A stretch of 64,000 bases of DNA, from positions 1 to 64,000 of the forward strand of contig RBZT01000480.1 in NCBI GenBank assembly GCA_003693705.1, written 5' to 3'. A program made the position numbers and the translations under genes. This stretch comes from Polymyxa betae A26-41 (lineage: Eukaryota > Protista > Endomyxa: Phytomyxea). A model generated the notes under the pieces. It had not been told where the DNA came from and did no database searches. It saw nothing but the letters and a program-made list of their open reading frames with translations. Shown here piece by piece: positions 22,789 through 35,515 of this stretch (the stretch's first letter is position 1; each line of letters starts with the position of its first letter).

Positions 22789-23807
22789 CTCCCTCCGTTC
22801 AAAAATAAGTGTCGGAAATGGGTTTTGAAAATATTCAAAAACAAGTGTCGCAATTTTTGTCTCAATAAGTCCGTCCCAGGTGCACTTCTAGAAACATTTA
22901 GATCTCGCTTTATTCATCAGTCTTTAAGCATCTCAATGCTTGATTGATGACGTTTCGTTCAACACTGATTTGCAAAGGAAGACGGTTCTCCTTGATCATC
23001 TTCTGCTTCCCCATATAGGGAATTTGTAATCGTTTTCCCCCTCTCTTTTCATTGACTCCAGCATGCATTGCAGTTTAACGCTTGATCTGGCATGTCAAAA
23101 AGGACTGCTGCACTACAGATATGAGCTCATCCACGTTTACAGACTTCTTCTTTTGCTGCACAGCCTGAATGGCTCGGAAAAATCCCAAACCTAGGACATT
23201 GAAGTCTGGACTATTGGCTGGCACATCCTTTCTATTGTTCGCCTATTTATGTTCAGTTCTTGGGAAAGATCTTAAATGGACCCTTTTTTGAGCTTTCCAT
23301 TGTTGCTTTTCATCAATAAATTTTCGTAAATTCTGGCGCATATCGTTCCCTAAATGGGCTTCGATCGTGGTGGTACGGCAGGAGCATTATCAGTGCCTGC
23401 CATTTCAGCATCGGAATCATCCGCAATATTACAAGAAAGCTGCTCAGTTATCGATTCGGCTGAGTAGTCAGCCACTTGATGCCTTGCGCCGGCGATTCCA
23501 CAGTTCGAGAGTCTATCGACAAGGGAGTCCATTTTGAAATGAGCACATTTCAGCAGAAATGATAACGTTACCACTGGGAGGCTGCGGCGCCCTCTTCACT
23601 GCAATGCCTACATTTGCTGAATTTACTATGGAAAGTGAGCTGTGCTCTATCTGCGAGCATAATTTTTTTATTTCCAGCAAAAATTGAGGCTGGGTGATGA
23701 AGGAATCATATAGACATGCATGTAGCAGTTTCCTGGGAAATGGTTAAGATCTGACGTTAATCCGTCACGCAACCGCATTTCCGACACTTATTTTTGAACG
23801 GAGGGAG
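22789..23807 (-). mobile_element. Tc1/mariner (DD39D plant-mariner/Stowaway-like) deletion derivative
   Basis: 32-bp perfect TIRs CTCCCTCCGTTCAAAAATAAGTGTCGGAAATG with TA TSDs. Internal remnant PANSPDFNVLGLGFFRAIQ..DELI..ENDYKFPYMGK..RLP. Confidence 0.93.
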
Positions 23808-23907
23808 TATCAAATATATATTAGGGCATGTATGATAGATTCCTATCGAAGCATCCCATGACGTACGAATGGTGACGGACTCCGTAGCTGATCACTTTAA
23901 TGAATCG

Positions 23908-25565
23908 ATGTGGGTCCATCGTCTGCTGTTATCTATTGCTGTTCTATGTCAGTGTGTGGATATCTGTTTTACATTACCATCATCATCTACATCTGTACCG
24001 TCATGGATACAACGTCATGTAACAGCATTCCAAGAGGTCATATCCAGATCTGTAACATGTAACTGTTGGGATGGTGGGTGCGAAGTCCTAGACGATGGAT
24101 GCGATAAACTCAAACAACACAATCTCACACTCGGTGTGTATAGCTACTCTGATTTATTCGATATGTTTGTCGCACTTATAAAGTCCGCAGAATGTTCCAC
24201 GCATGTTTCCACTGGAGCGGGGTGCGGCCATCTTACTCACTAGAATGTTCCGAACACTCCAACAGTAACTACATATGGACTCAACCATTAGATCATGTTA
24301 CACAGCCATATCATGGAGGTGCATTACGTTTACTAATCACTACATTAGTATATGATGATGGTATTGGTGATGTATTTATTGCTTTAGAAACATCACGCAC
24401 CAAAAAGCAGATATTCACGGACATGAACATCAGTTTAGTATTTCAATTTCAAAGTCCGACCGGTATGAAAGATCTTCATAATGACTGGACGGAATTCGGC
24501 CTCCAATCGCATCAAATACGTGACGTACACGACCGCAACATTGACGAGATCCGCGACTGGGCCAGCACGTCGTTCGACGCGATCCTGGTCGTACCGTACC
24601 ACCGTCCCGAGTTCCTGACGGGCCTGGCGCTGCCCCTCTACCATATCCGTGAATATCATCTATATGATAGCCCACTTGAAGGGCTCAGCTTCGGCACTTA
24701 TGATAACGGGCACGGCGTGCTGGTCCCCGACGTACCGGCCCCGGACTCGGCGTTCAATGACCCTCGCCTGACGGCACTGTTCGCTGCCATCGCCGAACAC
24801 GGGTTCGATTCGTTTCTGGCGTATCTGAAGGGGTTTATGATACGGAGGCGGTTTCTGCGAGCCGCGCTTCGTTACATGAAGCAGCAACGCTCACGCGGTA
24901 TCGTTGTGTTTATGAATGGTAACGTTGATGCCGATACGTTACGTGGTCTGGTGCGTACACGGGTCCGTGTCATTAATATGAATGAGACTACAGATACATC
25001 TATACAGTGGACATCTCGACATCCATCTGTTACTATCATACAGAATCTATCTGTTACACATAGTGACTTTATGAGATTAATAGATCGTGTATCTGGTCCA
25101 TTTATAGGATGTCGTGGTGGATCATCTATTATGGAAGTTCTATTTACTGGCAGAATACTTTATTATGAACTTCCACATCAAATGTTTCCTCTTATGGTTA
25201 TGTGTGCTCAGATCATTAAACGTATTAATGCAGATCAAGACACACACCTATCACACCTATTTCATCTGTTTATTCGAACGCTACCGGACCAGAATGTGAT
25301 CGAGTACCACCTAGGGGGCGGGTCTTGTACGGCGAACGTATTCGGGTCGTGCGCTGGGCCAGATTCGGAACGCCGCTCACTGGACGAGATCGAGAGTTTC
25401 CTGCTACGCAGTGATATATCGGAGTTGCAGGCGGAGATCCGGCGCCTGTGCCAGTACCTCCGAGACGAATGGGATTTTGCCAGATTTTCTCCGACCGTGA
25501 TCGATCGATTGACCACTGAACTCAACGAACGCTACCGCCCATCAACCAGCAAAATGATCGAATAA
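23908..25565 (+). CDS. Putative secreted GT-B fold (EarP-like) glycosyltransferase
   Basis: Signal-peptide exon MWVHRLLLSIAVLCQC joins the 457-aa ORF through a putative intron at 24134-24243. Motifs YDDGIGDVF and HSDFMRLI..FIGCRGGSSIMEVLFTGRILYYE. Confidence 0.6.
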
Positions 25566-27436
25566 AAATTGCTCAAATTACAATTCATTCTTTATGGCAT
25601 TTCGATCGTTTAGTTTATTAGATGTAATCTGCTTCTATTATGTGATTGCAGGATCTTGATTATTGCATTTCGATTATCGAATGCTGTATAAAAAGTCGGG
25701 CATCATGTTGCATTCGAACTTCATTACAGGCTACGTTACTGGATTTCATAAGCATGGCATCAGTCGGCTCATCTGTACAAAACCGCAATCGGTGAAGGAA
25801 ACATTAAATGATTGGTGAGCGCTTATCAAAATGTGACAATTTGCACAGAATGAAGACCATTCTATATCTAAATTAGGGTTAGGGTTTACTGTTTCCTGAT
25901 GTTATATAACAGGCCGGCAACGTCACAGAAATCGGCTCAATCGGCCGCGCGACTCGCTCCAATATGAACGACTGGCGAGCGCTGCTAATCCGTAGTCACA
26001 TAAACAGCAGAGCTCCGAGTGGTTTCATTACATGATCAGCCAGGTTACGTTACAATCCTGGATCTCTGTGTCAGGTTCACGACTTTCAAGTCGATCTTCT
26101 CGCCATCCCATTAAGCCTTAATCAATCACAGAATACAATCAGTACAACTTAATCATTATTACAGCTTGTCTATCTTGACATCATTGTGTACATAACCGGC
26201 CCAATTTATAGCCGTTAGAGCTTACTCTCTTTGCTTTTCTGTACCCTCTATTCAGTCTATTGCAATGTTCTATCAGCGAAAGCTCTCAGCATCATCCGAA
26301 ACATAGAGACTGATGATCTTTTGCCTGCTGATCGCATTGGCCTTGATTATTCGATTCCATCATAGCTATCTCAGTGGAATATGATCTGAATAAATGCATC
26401 TTTGAACACCGAAATCATGACAGAATGCTTCACCTAGCTGAATGCTGTATTAGTTCATGAATGGTAAGATAAGTCTGTACGTTCGTAGTATGGATATCTA
26501 TCTTACACTCCAATATGGAAGCCCCAAGACAGAGACCGCCGATATCAATGATAATACCGAGTTCAATCCCATTTATTTCTATAAGGAAGCAGATCTATAT
26601 CCTCATATTACTATTCATTGTATGATTATGCCACTTCCCAAGAAATGTGTTTCTGCTGACAAACTTGAAGCCAGCATCGCTACCGGTAATTGTTCCAGTA
26701 ACGGAGGAATCCATTTGCCGAGACATGTTGTCAAACGAATTCTGATGCCTGGCGGGATGTTAACTGCAAAGTCCATATCAGAATCCAGTATGTATTTGAG
26801 TACTTTATATTATAGGTAAACCTGTGTAGTAGGTATTCCTTTTCGTCTTCGTCAAATCAGCACAAATTCGCACCGCTCAAGCATCAGGCAGATGGGGTTT
26901 CCCACATCCTGTCACAACTCATATAAATCCAGCTGTGACATAAAGATCTTCGCTTGCTCATGTTTTTCTGTGGAATGTTTAAGACAAAAGAGGATGTTTT
27001 GAGCCATTAAATCCCTCACCAGCCCAATGTCAAGTTTTCATTAATGGATGCACGTACTGAGCCAATTAAACCGATTGAGAATAGAATTTCTCTCATATAA
27101 CCGCACATTTGCTGACAGCGGAGTCATACTGCCCTTCTTTGGAAGCAGGTTGTGGCTATGCAAATATAAATTTCAGGGCCAATCTCGAGTAGCAAGCTAT
27201 TGTAATGAATATTGGATGATTTCAGCATAGCAGATTTCTAACATTGCTACAGTAACAATGGGATGCCTACTACCGGTAGTCGTCGACGATTGAAGGCCCA
27301 GCACTGGCATTTATCAAATGTCTACTTTATCATCTCTAAAGCACGAGAGAGGGCGTAGAATAGCTAACTTCAATGATATTCGTTCATTGCCTATGACAGT
27401 GCTTTGTATTACTGAGCCTAAATGAACGTTCTCATA

Positions 27437-29474
27437 TTAAAGGCTGGCTCTCTGTAAAGCCTCAGCAACGCGGCGGCCATAGTCAGGATCGCATTTAGAA
27501 AAGTATTCAATAACTCGCTTCTGAATCTTCGGATTGGCATGCTTAACTGATCCAGCGATGTTATTAGCCAAATTAACTCGCTCCTGTTCGTTTAAGACGT
27601 TACGATACAGCGCCCTTGGCTGAAAGTACGGTTAAATGAAATTTTGAACAAGGGGTCCGATAAACCTGAGCGAAATCGTCGTTCGGGTGACTTTGAGGAA
27701 AACGGGCAGCTTTACAAGCAGATATCGGGTACGCCTTCGCGGCGTGGGCTTTACTTGGCCTGGGAGTTCCTTCAACGGAGTTAGGGAAGTAATTTGGGCC
27801 AGATCCACCCTGCAAGGAAATGAGCTTTGTAATCTTAGAAGATGAAAAACAGGATTATACATTTCCATTAATGCACATAGAGCCATCTCTCTGATAATTA
27901 GCGACGCCGCTAGCATACGGGCAGTTAACTGGAATTTGGGCATAGTTCACTCCAAGACGATGGCGATGAGTATCAGGATAAGAGAATACGCGAGCCTACA
28001 TTGACAATATAAGACCTGGCAATGGACAATATACACTGATTGAACCTGGAGCATCTTGTCAAGACTAACTTCAATCCCTGGGACAAGGTGCCCTGGGCTG
28101 AACGCTGATTGCTCAACTTCAGCAAAGTAATTGGTTGGATTGCGGTTCAAAACCAGCTTTCCAACTGGCAGCAAAGGATAATCACTGTGCGGCCAGACCT
28201 AAATGATATTGGGAGTTGAGAGAATTGGGTCAAAGCAAGCTACCTTGGTGACGTCGAAAACATTCCATTTGTATTTATATCCTTCCTCTTCAGACATAAC
28301 CTAGGCCCATAAGAGAAGCGTCGCATTAATGCTCACTACGATCTTCACCTGAATATACATAGACCATGTGGCCGATTTTCCGGATTGAATATGGCTAAAC
28401 AGATCCCGGGTCGCGTGATCTGGATCTTTCAATCGCATTTCGCCTGCTTGAACACCATTGAAATTCTGTTTAAAATCGTTTCACCATAGGCAATAAACAA
28501 GAAGTACAATCGTCACCTTAATGCCAGCGTCAGTCTTATAATGAAATTTAACCCAGAATGATTCATCGTTAGCGTTAACCATGCGATAGGTGTGAGACGA
28601 ATAACCTTATCCCGACTTAGATAACATCAAACAAAAAACAATGTTACCATTCATGTGGCGATAGCTAGCTGGAGTTCCTCGATCAGACATCAAAATAGTA
28701 ACCTGGTGAATGGACTCAGGAGCAAGACTAATATAACACATCAGAAAAGCAAATGCGTTCTTTGTCATAAGCACTTACGTCAGGAAATCCCAGAACATGT
28801 TGGGATCAGGGCAGTTTGTTGCGGGGTGACGTTTTTGGGTATGGATAAAGTCAGGAAACTGCACTGGTGTCAGACCGCTTCTCCAAACGGTGGCGACTCA
28901 CTTTGCTCGGATCACGAATGAAGAAAACTGGAGTGTTGTTACCGGTCATATCCCAAATACCTTCCTCTGTGTAGTGCTTGACAGCGAATCCACCTACAAA
29001 CGAATGAAATAAGACCAGTGCACATATTTAGTTGGCGGCTTACGGGGATCACGAGCAGCATCAGCTGACCCTTTCTCACCACCGACTGTACTAAAACGAG
29101 CAAAAACAGTAGTTCGCTTTCCAACCTGAATGGCATTTTAAGCTAATTCACCAGAACCTCAGCAAAACTGTTGACCTTGCTAAACACGTTTGCTTTGCAG
29201 TATCTAGTAATATCGTGAGTGACTTCAAAGTAGCCATAGGCACCGGCGCCCTTAGCGTGCACAACACGTTCCGGAATACGTTCGCGGTCAAAGTGAGCTA
29301 ATTTATCGACCAAATGGAAATCTTCCATCAGAAGCGGTCCATAAGGCCTGCCGACCAATCAATTCGAACAGAGCGTAGACAGGAAGAAAGTCACTACCCA
29401 GCCGATTTGGAATTGTTATCATCATCGATAGGGGCACCATTGCCTGATGTCATGACGACAGACGAGCGAGACAT
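27437..29474 (-). CDS. CAT: Monofunctional heme catalase, many introns
   Basis: [75 protein letters not shown]-terminus ..QRASL. Confidence 0.97.
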
Positions 29475-30718
29475 GTTAGAGAATGCAGAGATGTAGACAA
29501 GAACACGATAAGATAATGAATAGTGATATCAATGTTGTCTAAGTGGCTCTATCACACTAATTAAAGTCACTTCTCGCTTCAGCGCAGCCCATTCGCCGCG
29601 TTACCCTACAGCCACCCATTCGGTCGCCCCTGAAGGTCCCCTTTATCGGTAGTTTATTATCGGCAATAATAACCCTGATTGGGTAGGTCTCGGATTCATC
29701 AACAAATCATCAAAAACAATGCTTGTAAAGCCAAGATGATAAAATGTTTCGGTGAATGATTGTTGAATACAAATGAACGAAACTGCATCTAAACACCAAT
29801 GTAGCAGAAATGCTACCTGGGACCTCAGCATTTTCTAATTGACTCTTTGCCGATAAATAGCTTGGCGAGTTAGGTTAAATAAGTTCAAAATTTTAAACTA
29901 GCAGAGATTCCACGCTAGACTAATGCTGACTTGCAAATAAATACCCCCTCTGTGCACAAAAACAATCTTAGCCATATTTAATGTGAATTTTTGTTAAAGT
30001 TTCTCTTCTTGGCACGCAATTTGAAGCTCTGGTGCGAGAACTTGAGTAAAAATTTTCGGCTCCAAAAGAAAATTGATCGCTGAGATAGTGAGATAGTGGC
30101 CATGCCTTTCTGACCTTGCAACAATGATCGATAAGCGCAATGGAAGTCGGTACAGTATAGGGAACGACTCTTAAATCAAACATATGCAGAAAGATCAGCT
30201 CGACCGAGCCTGCGTTGAAAAAGTTTCAAATTGACGCTTTTAAATCAACAATCAAGAACGTTTTCTGACCAACTATGCCAATTGGACATTTCTTCATTGG
30301 ACAGCGCATATCCACGAAATCGGGTATTCATTACGGGACAGAGAGGTACCAATGTTTGCTCAACAGGAGCTTAAGCCTCAACTGATGGCGAACAAATCTC
30401 ACATGGATGCAGGGAATATGGATCGCATGGGCGCCCAGGTGTGGCTATAGATGGCATGGGCTTTTCTTATCAAAGTTGATACAGAGTAAAAGACTCAATG
30501 CTCACATTCACGAAAATGCCAATATAGAAGTCACCAAGCAATGGGAACCAAATGAATCACTTGACAGTATAATCTTGGCCATAGAAAGCATTCCGCTTTC
30601 TTGGAGTGACAAATCACAATTTAAAGAAAAAAAATGCGAAATATTTTTCCATGATTTCCGTGACTCCGGTTCACCCGAGATGGAATTTCTAACAATTAGC
30701 ATTTGAAATCTGATAGCG

Positions 30719-31318
30719 ATGGGCCGAGCTGGTGAAGAGTCTGAGGGAATTGACCTCGATAAGGCCATGGCCTCAATGAGCCGAGATAATTTGGAAATGG
30801 TCCTGGCCATTTGTATTCACAAATACCCGGATTGCTACGATATCTTATTGAACGAGCTTCGCAAACCAATCGATCTCTCTCAATTGAACATCGACGATTC
30901 TATCGACGCTTTAGAAGACGACCCAGAAACCGCGATCGGCCTTCTGACTGATATCATTGAACGTGCCAACTCTTTTACCGACTCGGATTGTATCGCCAAC
31001 GCCATTACTATTCTGAGATCGACGACAGAGCTTATCTCCAAAAACACGGACATCATCAAGAATATCGATGACAGCGATTATCTGAAGGAGTTCTGGGTGA
31101 TCCTCGAACAAGCATGGGAATCGCTATTCAACAAAGTCACTGAATATGACAAGATGAAATCATTATTTAGCGATCTGGCAGCATGGCGCAAATCCATAGT
31201 TGGTTGTGCTGGCCCGATCTTCGACGAGTCATTACGGGCACTGAAAGCGAGAATTGAGACCATTCGTGCTGAACGCCCAAAGAAGCGCTCCAAAACCGAA
31301 ATGCTCACATCCAAATAA
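30719..31318 (+). CDS. Hypothetical acidic helical protein (199 aa) with a C-terminal NLS-like motif
   Basis: Clean single ORF with protein-like composition and RPKKRSK near the end. Confidence 0.7.
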   Translation: MGRAGEESEGIDLDKAMASMSRDNLEMVLAICIHKYPDCYDILLNELRKPIDLSQLNIDDSIDALEDDPETAIGLLTDIIERANSFTDSDCIANAITILRSTTELISKNTDIIKNIDDSDYLKEFWVILEQAWESLFNKVTEYDKMKSLFSDLAAWRKSIVGCAGPIFDESLRALKARIETIRAERPKKRSKTEMLTSK

Positions 31319-32258
31319 ACTGATTCAATCGTTGAGATACTTGCAGAGTTGTTAGGAGATGAAGATAGACACGATCGTGAAGTCATCCATAATCTCACCA
31401 ATTTGATTGCAATCAAACCTTTTCAATCAGTGATCAACATCTAGCCGTGACTTAAGTCAACTACAAGTATCAAAACGGCGATGTCATTTTGATAGAAGAG
31501 TATCGCTGTTGATTCTGGAGGAATCTTTCTCCCGATTCCACGATTTCTTGGGTCATATTGTTCAATGTTGGCGAATTTTAAATAGAGAAAAAAAATGGAA
31601 GACTGATGAAGCGATATACGCTAGACGTTGGAAACAAGAGATGTGAGTGAGGGATTAGCAGGAACCCTATTCAATATCCAGCGCCTTCACATACCATTCC
31701 AATACTGATTCTAGATATACAGTGAAATATAGCGTTGGTTCTAGAATCTATCAGATTAGGCTGCTGAGAATAGCCAGAGCACCAGCCGTTCCGATGGTGG
31801 AGGTATCAGCTGCGTTAATCACATCGAAGTCATCATAGCCACAAGCGACTCGATTTTCTTGAAGAAAAAAAAAACATCAGGTTTGTGCGTAAGATGTGCG
31901 TTTGCTGACAGGCGCAAAAACTGCTGTGGTAGGGGCGCGGCCAACGCATCTTACTGCCGATTGCGCAGTATTTCAGCCAGTTGATCGAATCTCTTTGCTG
32001 CATTCGAATCGAGTTGAAACCTCAGTCGCCTTTTATCGGCAATCGTCTGCGAGCAGCTGTCACCTTCCCTCCACGTCTTAGCTGCAAAGTATGTCTCTCT
32101 TTCTACTTCAGCTGTATTTTGGTTCTTGAGCTAGGTTTTGTTTCTAGTCAGTTTGCTCTTTTTCACGATGCCTCTTTCAATTTCAGCTGACGTTTTATGA
32201 CTCTGTTGGCAGCATTTTTGTGTATCATCAATTCTAAGGCTGCTGGATTATAGGCGGA

Positions 32259-32982
32259 ATGACAACTGAGAATAACGCGGGCTCTTATGGTGCTATCCTG
32301 CTCAGGAATCAACTCAAAGGTTATCCTCTGATTTTGATGTGTATATGAATCTAATTTTTTATGCAGATCTAATCAAGAGTCCTGTTGATGGATTCTCTGT
32401 AGGTCTAGTTGATGATAGCAATATCTATGAATGGCAAGTCATGATTGAAGGTCCATCGGGGACCTTGTTCGAAGGAGGCTTGTTCCCAGCTTTGTTGAAA
32501 TTTCCTTCATCGTATCCAAACTGTAAGTACCATTTAATCGCTTTCGAGCACCCATATTTATCCCATTTTCGTAGCTCCTCCTACCATGATTTTCCAGACA
32601 CCCGATTTTTGGCACCCCAACGTCTATCCTGGTAATTCTTCTGAGGCCGTCTTCACAGCATGTAATCATGTCTGAAATGCAGACGGCCGCGTTTGTATTT
32701 CGATTTTGCACGAGGCCAAAGAAGACGCATTCAACCAGCAAGAATCAATGGAAGAGAAATGGCGTCCTATTCTTGGCGTAACTATCTCTGTCTGTAGTTC
32801 TTTTCCGTTTGTAAAGATGCTTTCAGGTGGAAAGCATTCTGATCAGCGTTGTATCACTATTATCAGACCCGAATCTTGAAAGCCCTGCCAACATTGATGC
32901 TTCTATCAATTTGCTGAGAGATCCAGAAGGATATCGCAAGAGAATCCGGCGACTGGTTCGACGATCTGTTGAAATGATTTAG
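32259..32982 (+). CDS. UBE2G: Ubiquitin-conjugating enzyme E2, Ubc7/UBE2G type, 5 exons
   Basis: GFSVGLVDDSNIYEW, WHPNVYP/DGRVCISILH, acidic loop insertion EAKEDAFNQQESMEEKWRP, ESPANIDA. Confidence 0.93.
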
Positions 32983-34154
32983 AAAACGTCAAGAACTCTC
33001 TGTGCATATATTTTGACAAACAAGAATTTTCAATCTTGATGCATATATATTTTTCCACCTAATATCAAATCTTTGGCTTTTCCTATATCATATTATTTAG
33101 CTGTTGTAGTGTAAATATTCGGCTTGAGATGGTTTCTCATCCCTCCTCAAATGTCACTTGTCAGCTGACACTTGTATGGGAAAAACATTGCTGCTTTATG
33201 TCTCCATTCTCTGTTTCACGAAAGATTCTGATTTGCACGCTCGACCTCAATGCTGGCCCATTTCTTCATGCTAAGGAAACCAATGACACACGTGGATTGG
33301 ATCCCATGGCCTGATTCCTTTGATCGAATGATATTTTCAGAAGCTGCATGCTCAACTTTGATTCTATTGTCGTTTGCTTTCTAAAATCTGATAGTTGTGC
33401 AGATTTTGGAATTTTACTGAATACTATTGTAAACAAGCAATGAGTAGTTGTGTCTTATCGAATTAAGCAAAGTTTTCTTGCCTATCCCAAAGCTAGAAGA
33501 AAAATAGTTCAAAAACTCTTGATGTCTACCGTTTTAGAGCTACCGTAGAAGACATCTAAACATGATACTCTATGCATTTTCCGAACGTTCTTGATGCCAA
33601 CCTCGTGATTATCCAAGGTCGATAATTCGGCTTAACGACGACGATCTGGAAACTGGACGCATCACAGCGGCGAACTTTAGCATAGATGTGATGAACGTAT
33701 GACTATAACAGACAACATATTCAGAATTCATCTTCGTGAGCCAGCACTGCCAATAATACATCTTAACAATCGCCAACAAAATCTCAACCTGGCATCCCCC
33801 TAGTAAATTCAGCTTGACCCATTGTCTTGAAGCCTTATAAAAAAGCAATGGAGCCAAACCAAGTCATTCTATCAGCTTCTATTGTGAACCTGGCGGATGT
33901 GCTTCATTTAACTGTATTGCTGGCTAATTCGGACCAGATCTAGTGGAATTCGGTTACAAACAATGATCATGTAAACGCTAATAGGGTCGAGCAACGTATC
34001 TGGCAAATATCAGGAGGCTCCTCTGTACGCTTCGTTAATGCAAAGAGAAAACAGATTCAACGGCTCTAAATGTCTGATCTGGGTCGATGAATTTCGCTTT
34101 CGCCGATTCGATCACATAATTAAGTTGGCTACTTTTGTATACTCATTTGCAAAC

Positions 34155-34892
34155 ATGTCGCAACCGAATCCGCCTTCCTATGCAGAAAAGCTTAAGCAAT
34201 CATTGGAGCAAACCTCCGATCTCGGCCAGGCTCCAAAACTCTCAGCCACCGCCAAAGAGTCCATTTCCAGTTCAAAAAGCCAAGTTCTGGGGGATCGACC
34301 TTCGGTCTCTGCGAAAGCTAAAGGTCCTGCAGCAAGATATCATGATCCTGCCATAAACAAACATCCTTCACATGTTGATGAATATGGATCAGGTGATGTC
34401 ACTGAAGCCCTTCGACAACAAGCTGTGAATCGTTCTGGGCCAAATTACTTACCGGAAGCTGAGGGTCGAACTGAAGCTGGCAGTAAGGCAGAGCCAGTTA
34501 GTGAAACAGGTCGTGAAACTGGCCCTACCATAACAGAGAAGGCAAAAGAAAAGCTATCAGCAGCGAATGAATCATTGAAAGAATCAGTAACTCGTACTCA
34601 AGAGAATCTTAGTGAGGCGATGAGCGGAGGCATTCAGCAGAAAGCAAGCAAAGCTTGGGGCAAGACTAAAGCAGCTGTGACACCAGATGAGAATCAACCT
34701 TCTATGATGGATAGACTCACTACATCTATAGCTGAAGGATCCAAGAAATTGACAGAAACTGCCCAGAACGTGAAAGAGAGTATGAAAGAGGGAGTAAAGA
34801 CAACATTGGGTCTGGGTGAAGCTGGAAACGAGCCTCCACAGACCACGTTGGCAGAAGAAGCAATCGCAGGAGAACCTCGCAGACCGGCCTGA
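34155..34892 (+). CDS. Hydrophilic LEA-like protein (245 aa)
   Basis: No Cys, rich in K/E/T/A/S, with LEA3-like segments TEKAKEKLSAA, QKASKAWGKTK and ETAQNVKESMKE. Confidence 0.65.
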   Translation: MSQPNPPSYAEKLKQSLEQTSDLGQAPKLSATAKESISSSKSQVLGDRPSVSAKAKGPAARYHDPAINKHPSHVDEYGSGDVTEALRQQAVNRSGPNYLPEAEGRTEAGSKAEPVSETGRETGPTITEKAKEKLSAANESLKESVTRTQENLSEAMSGGIQQKASKAWGKTKAAVTPDENQPSMMDRLTTSIAEGSKKLTETAQNVKESMKEGVKTTLGLGEAGNEPPQTTLAEEAIAGEPRRPA

Positions 34893-35515
34893 TCAGAAAG
34901 CCAGTTGACATTTGCAGATATCGGCAGAATTCTTCACGCGAAAGCTCGTAATCGTAAGATATATCACAAGACACCAATTGCAATAAAATAATCACAAAAT
35001 TGAGTTCACAAAATCGTGTAAGAATGGAAGCTATAAAAAGCGTTTCGAAAGCTCCAACTCACAAGAAGGTCTCTTTTAGATCCAAAAAAGGACAAAAGAT
35101 GTACTGATATGTTCTGTAATCGGTCAGCGTAAAACCCTAAACCCTAATCATATTGTTGTTATTACGTTGTCATATTCTTAAAATCTACAACACCCTAAGC
35201 GATCATAAATAAGCATTGGTCCTGAAAAGAAATCCTTCGTCTCAGCTTATCCTCGTTGCCGCAGGATAGGACAAGAATTCTGAAGTATTATAATGTTATA
35301 CGCTTGAACATGAGTCAATGTAGGAGACGTTCTGTGAGAGAATAAAAGAGAACGTTAAACAGAAGGTAAATATAAGCAAGCAAATCAGGAGAATTGCATG
35401 CTTCCCACAAAATCATTTTGGCATATCCATGTTGAACCTACTATGTAGATATATGGTTTATGGATGGTTTATAGAGCTGTGCAGAATCAGTACAGTCATG
35501 ATGAAGATGATAAAT

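Noticed and set aside
24192-24243. Programmed frameshift between the two overlapping ORFs
   Set aside because: An ordinary GT-AG intron (24134-24243) explains the frame change.
26457-26819. 120-aa ORF as a real gene
   Set aside because: No recognisable motif, surrounded by decayed sequence, strand ambiguous.
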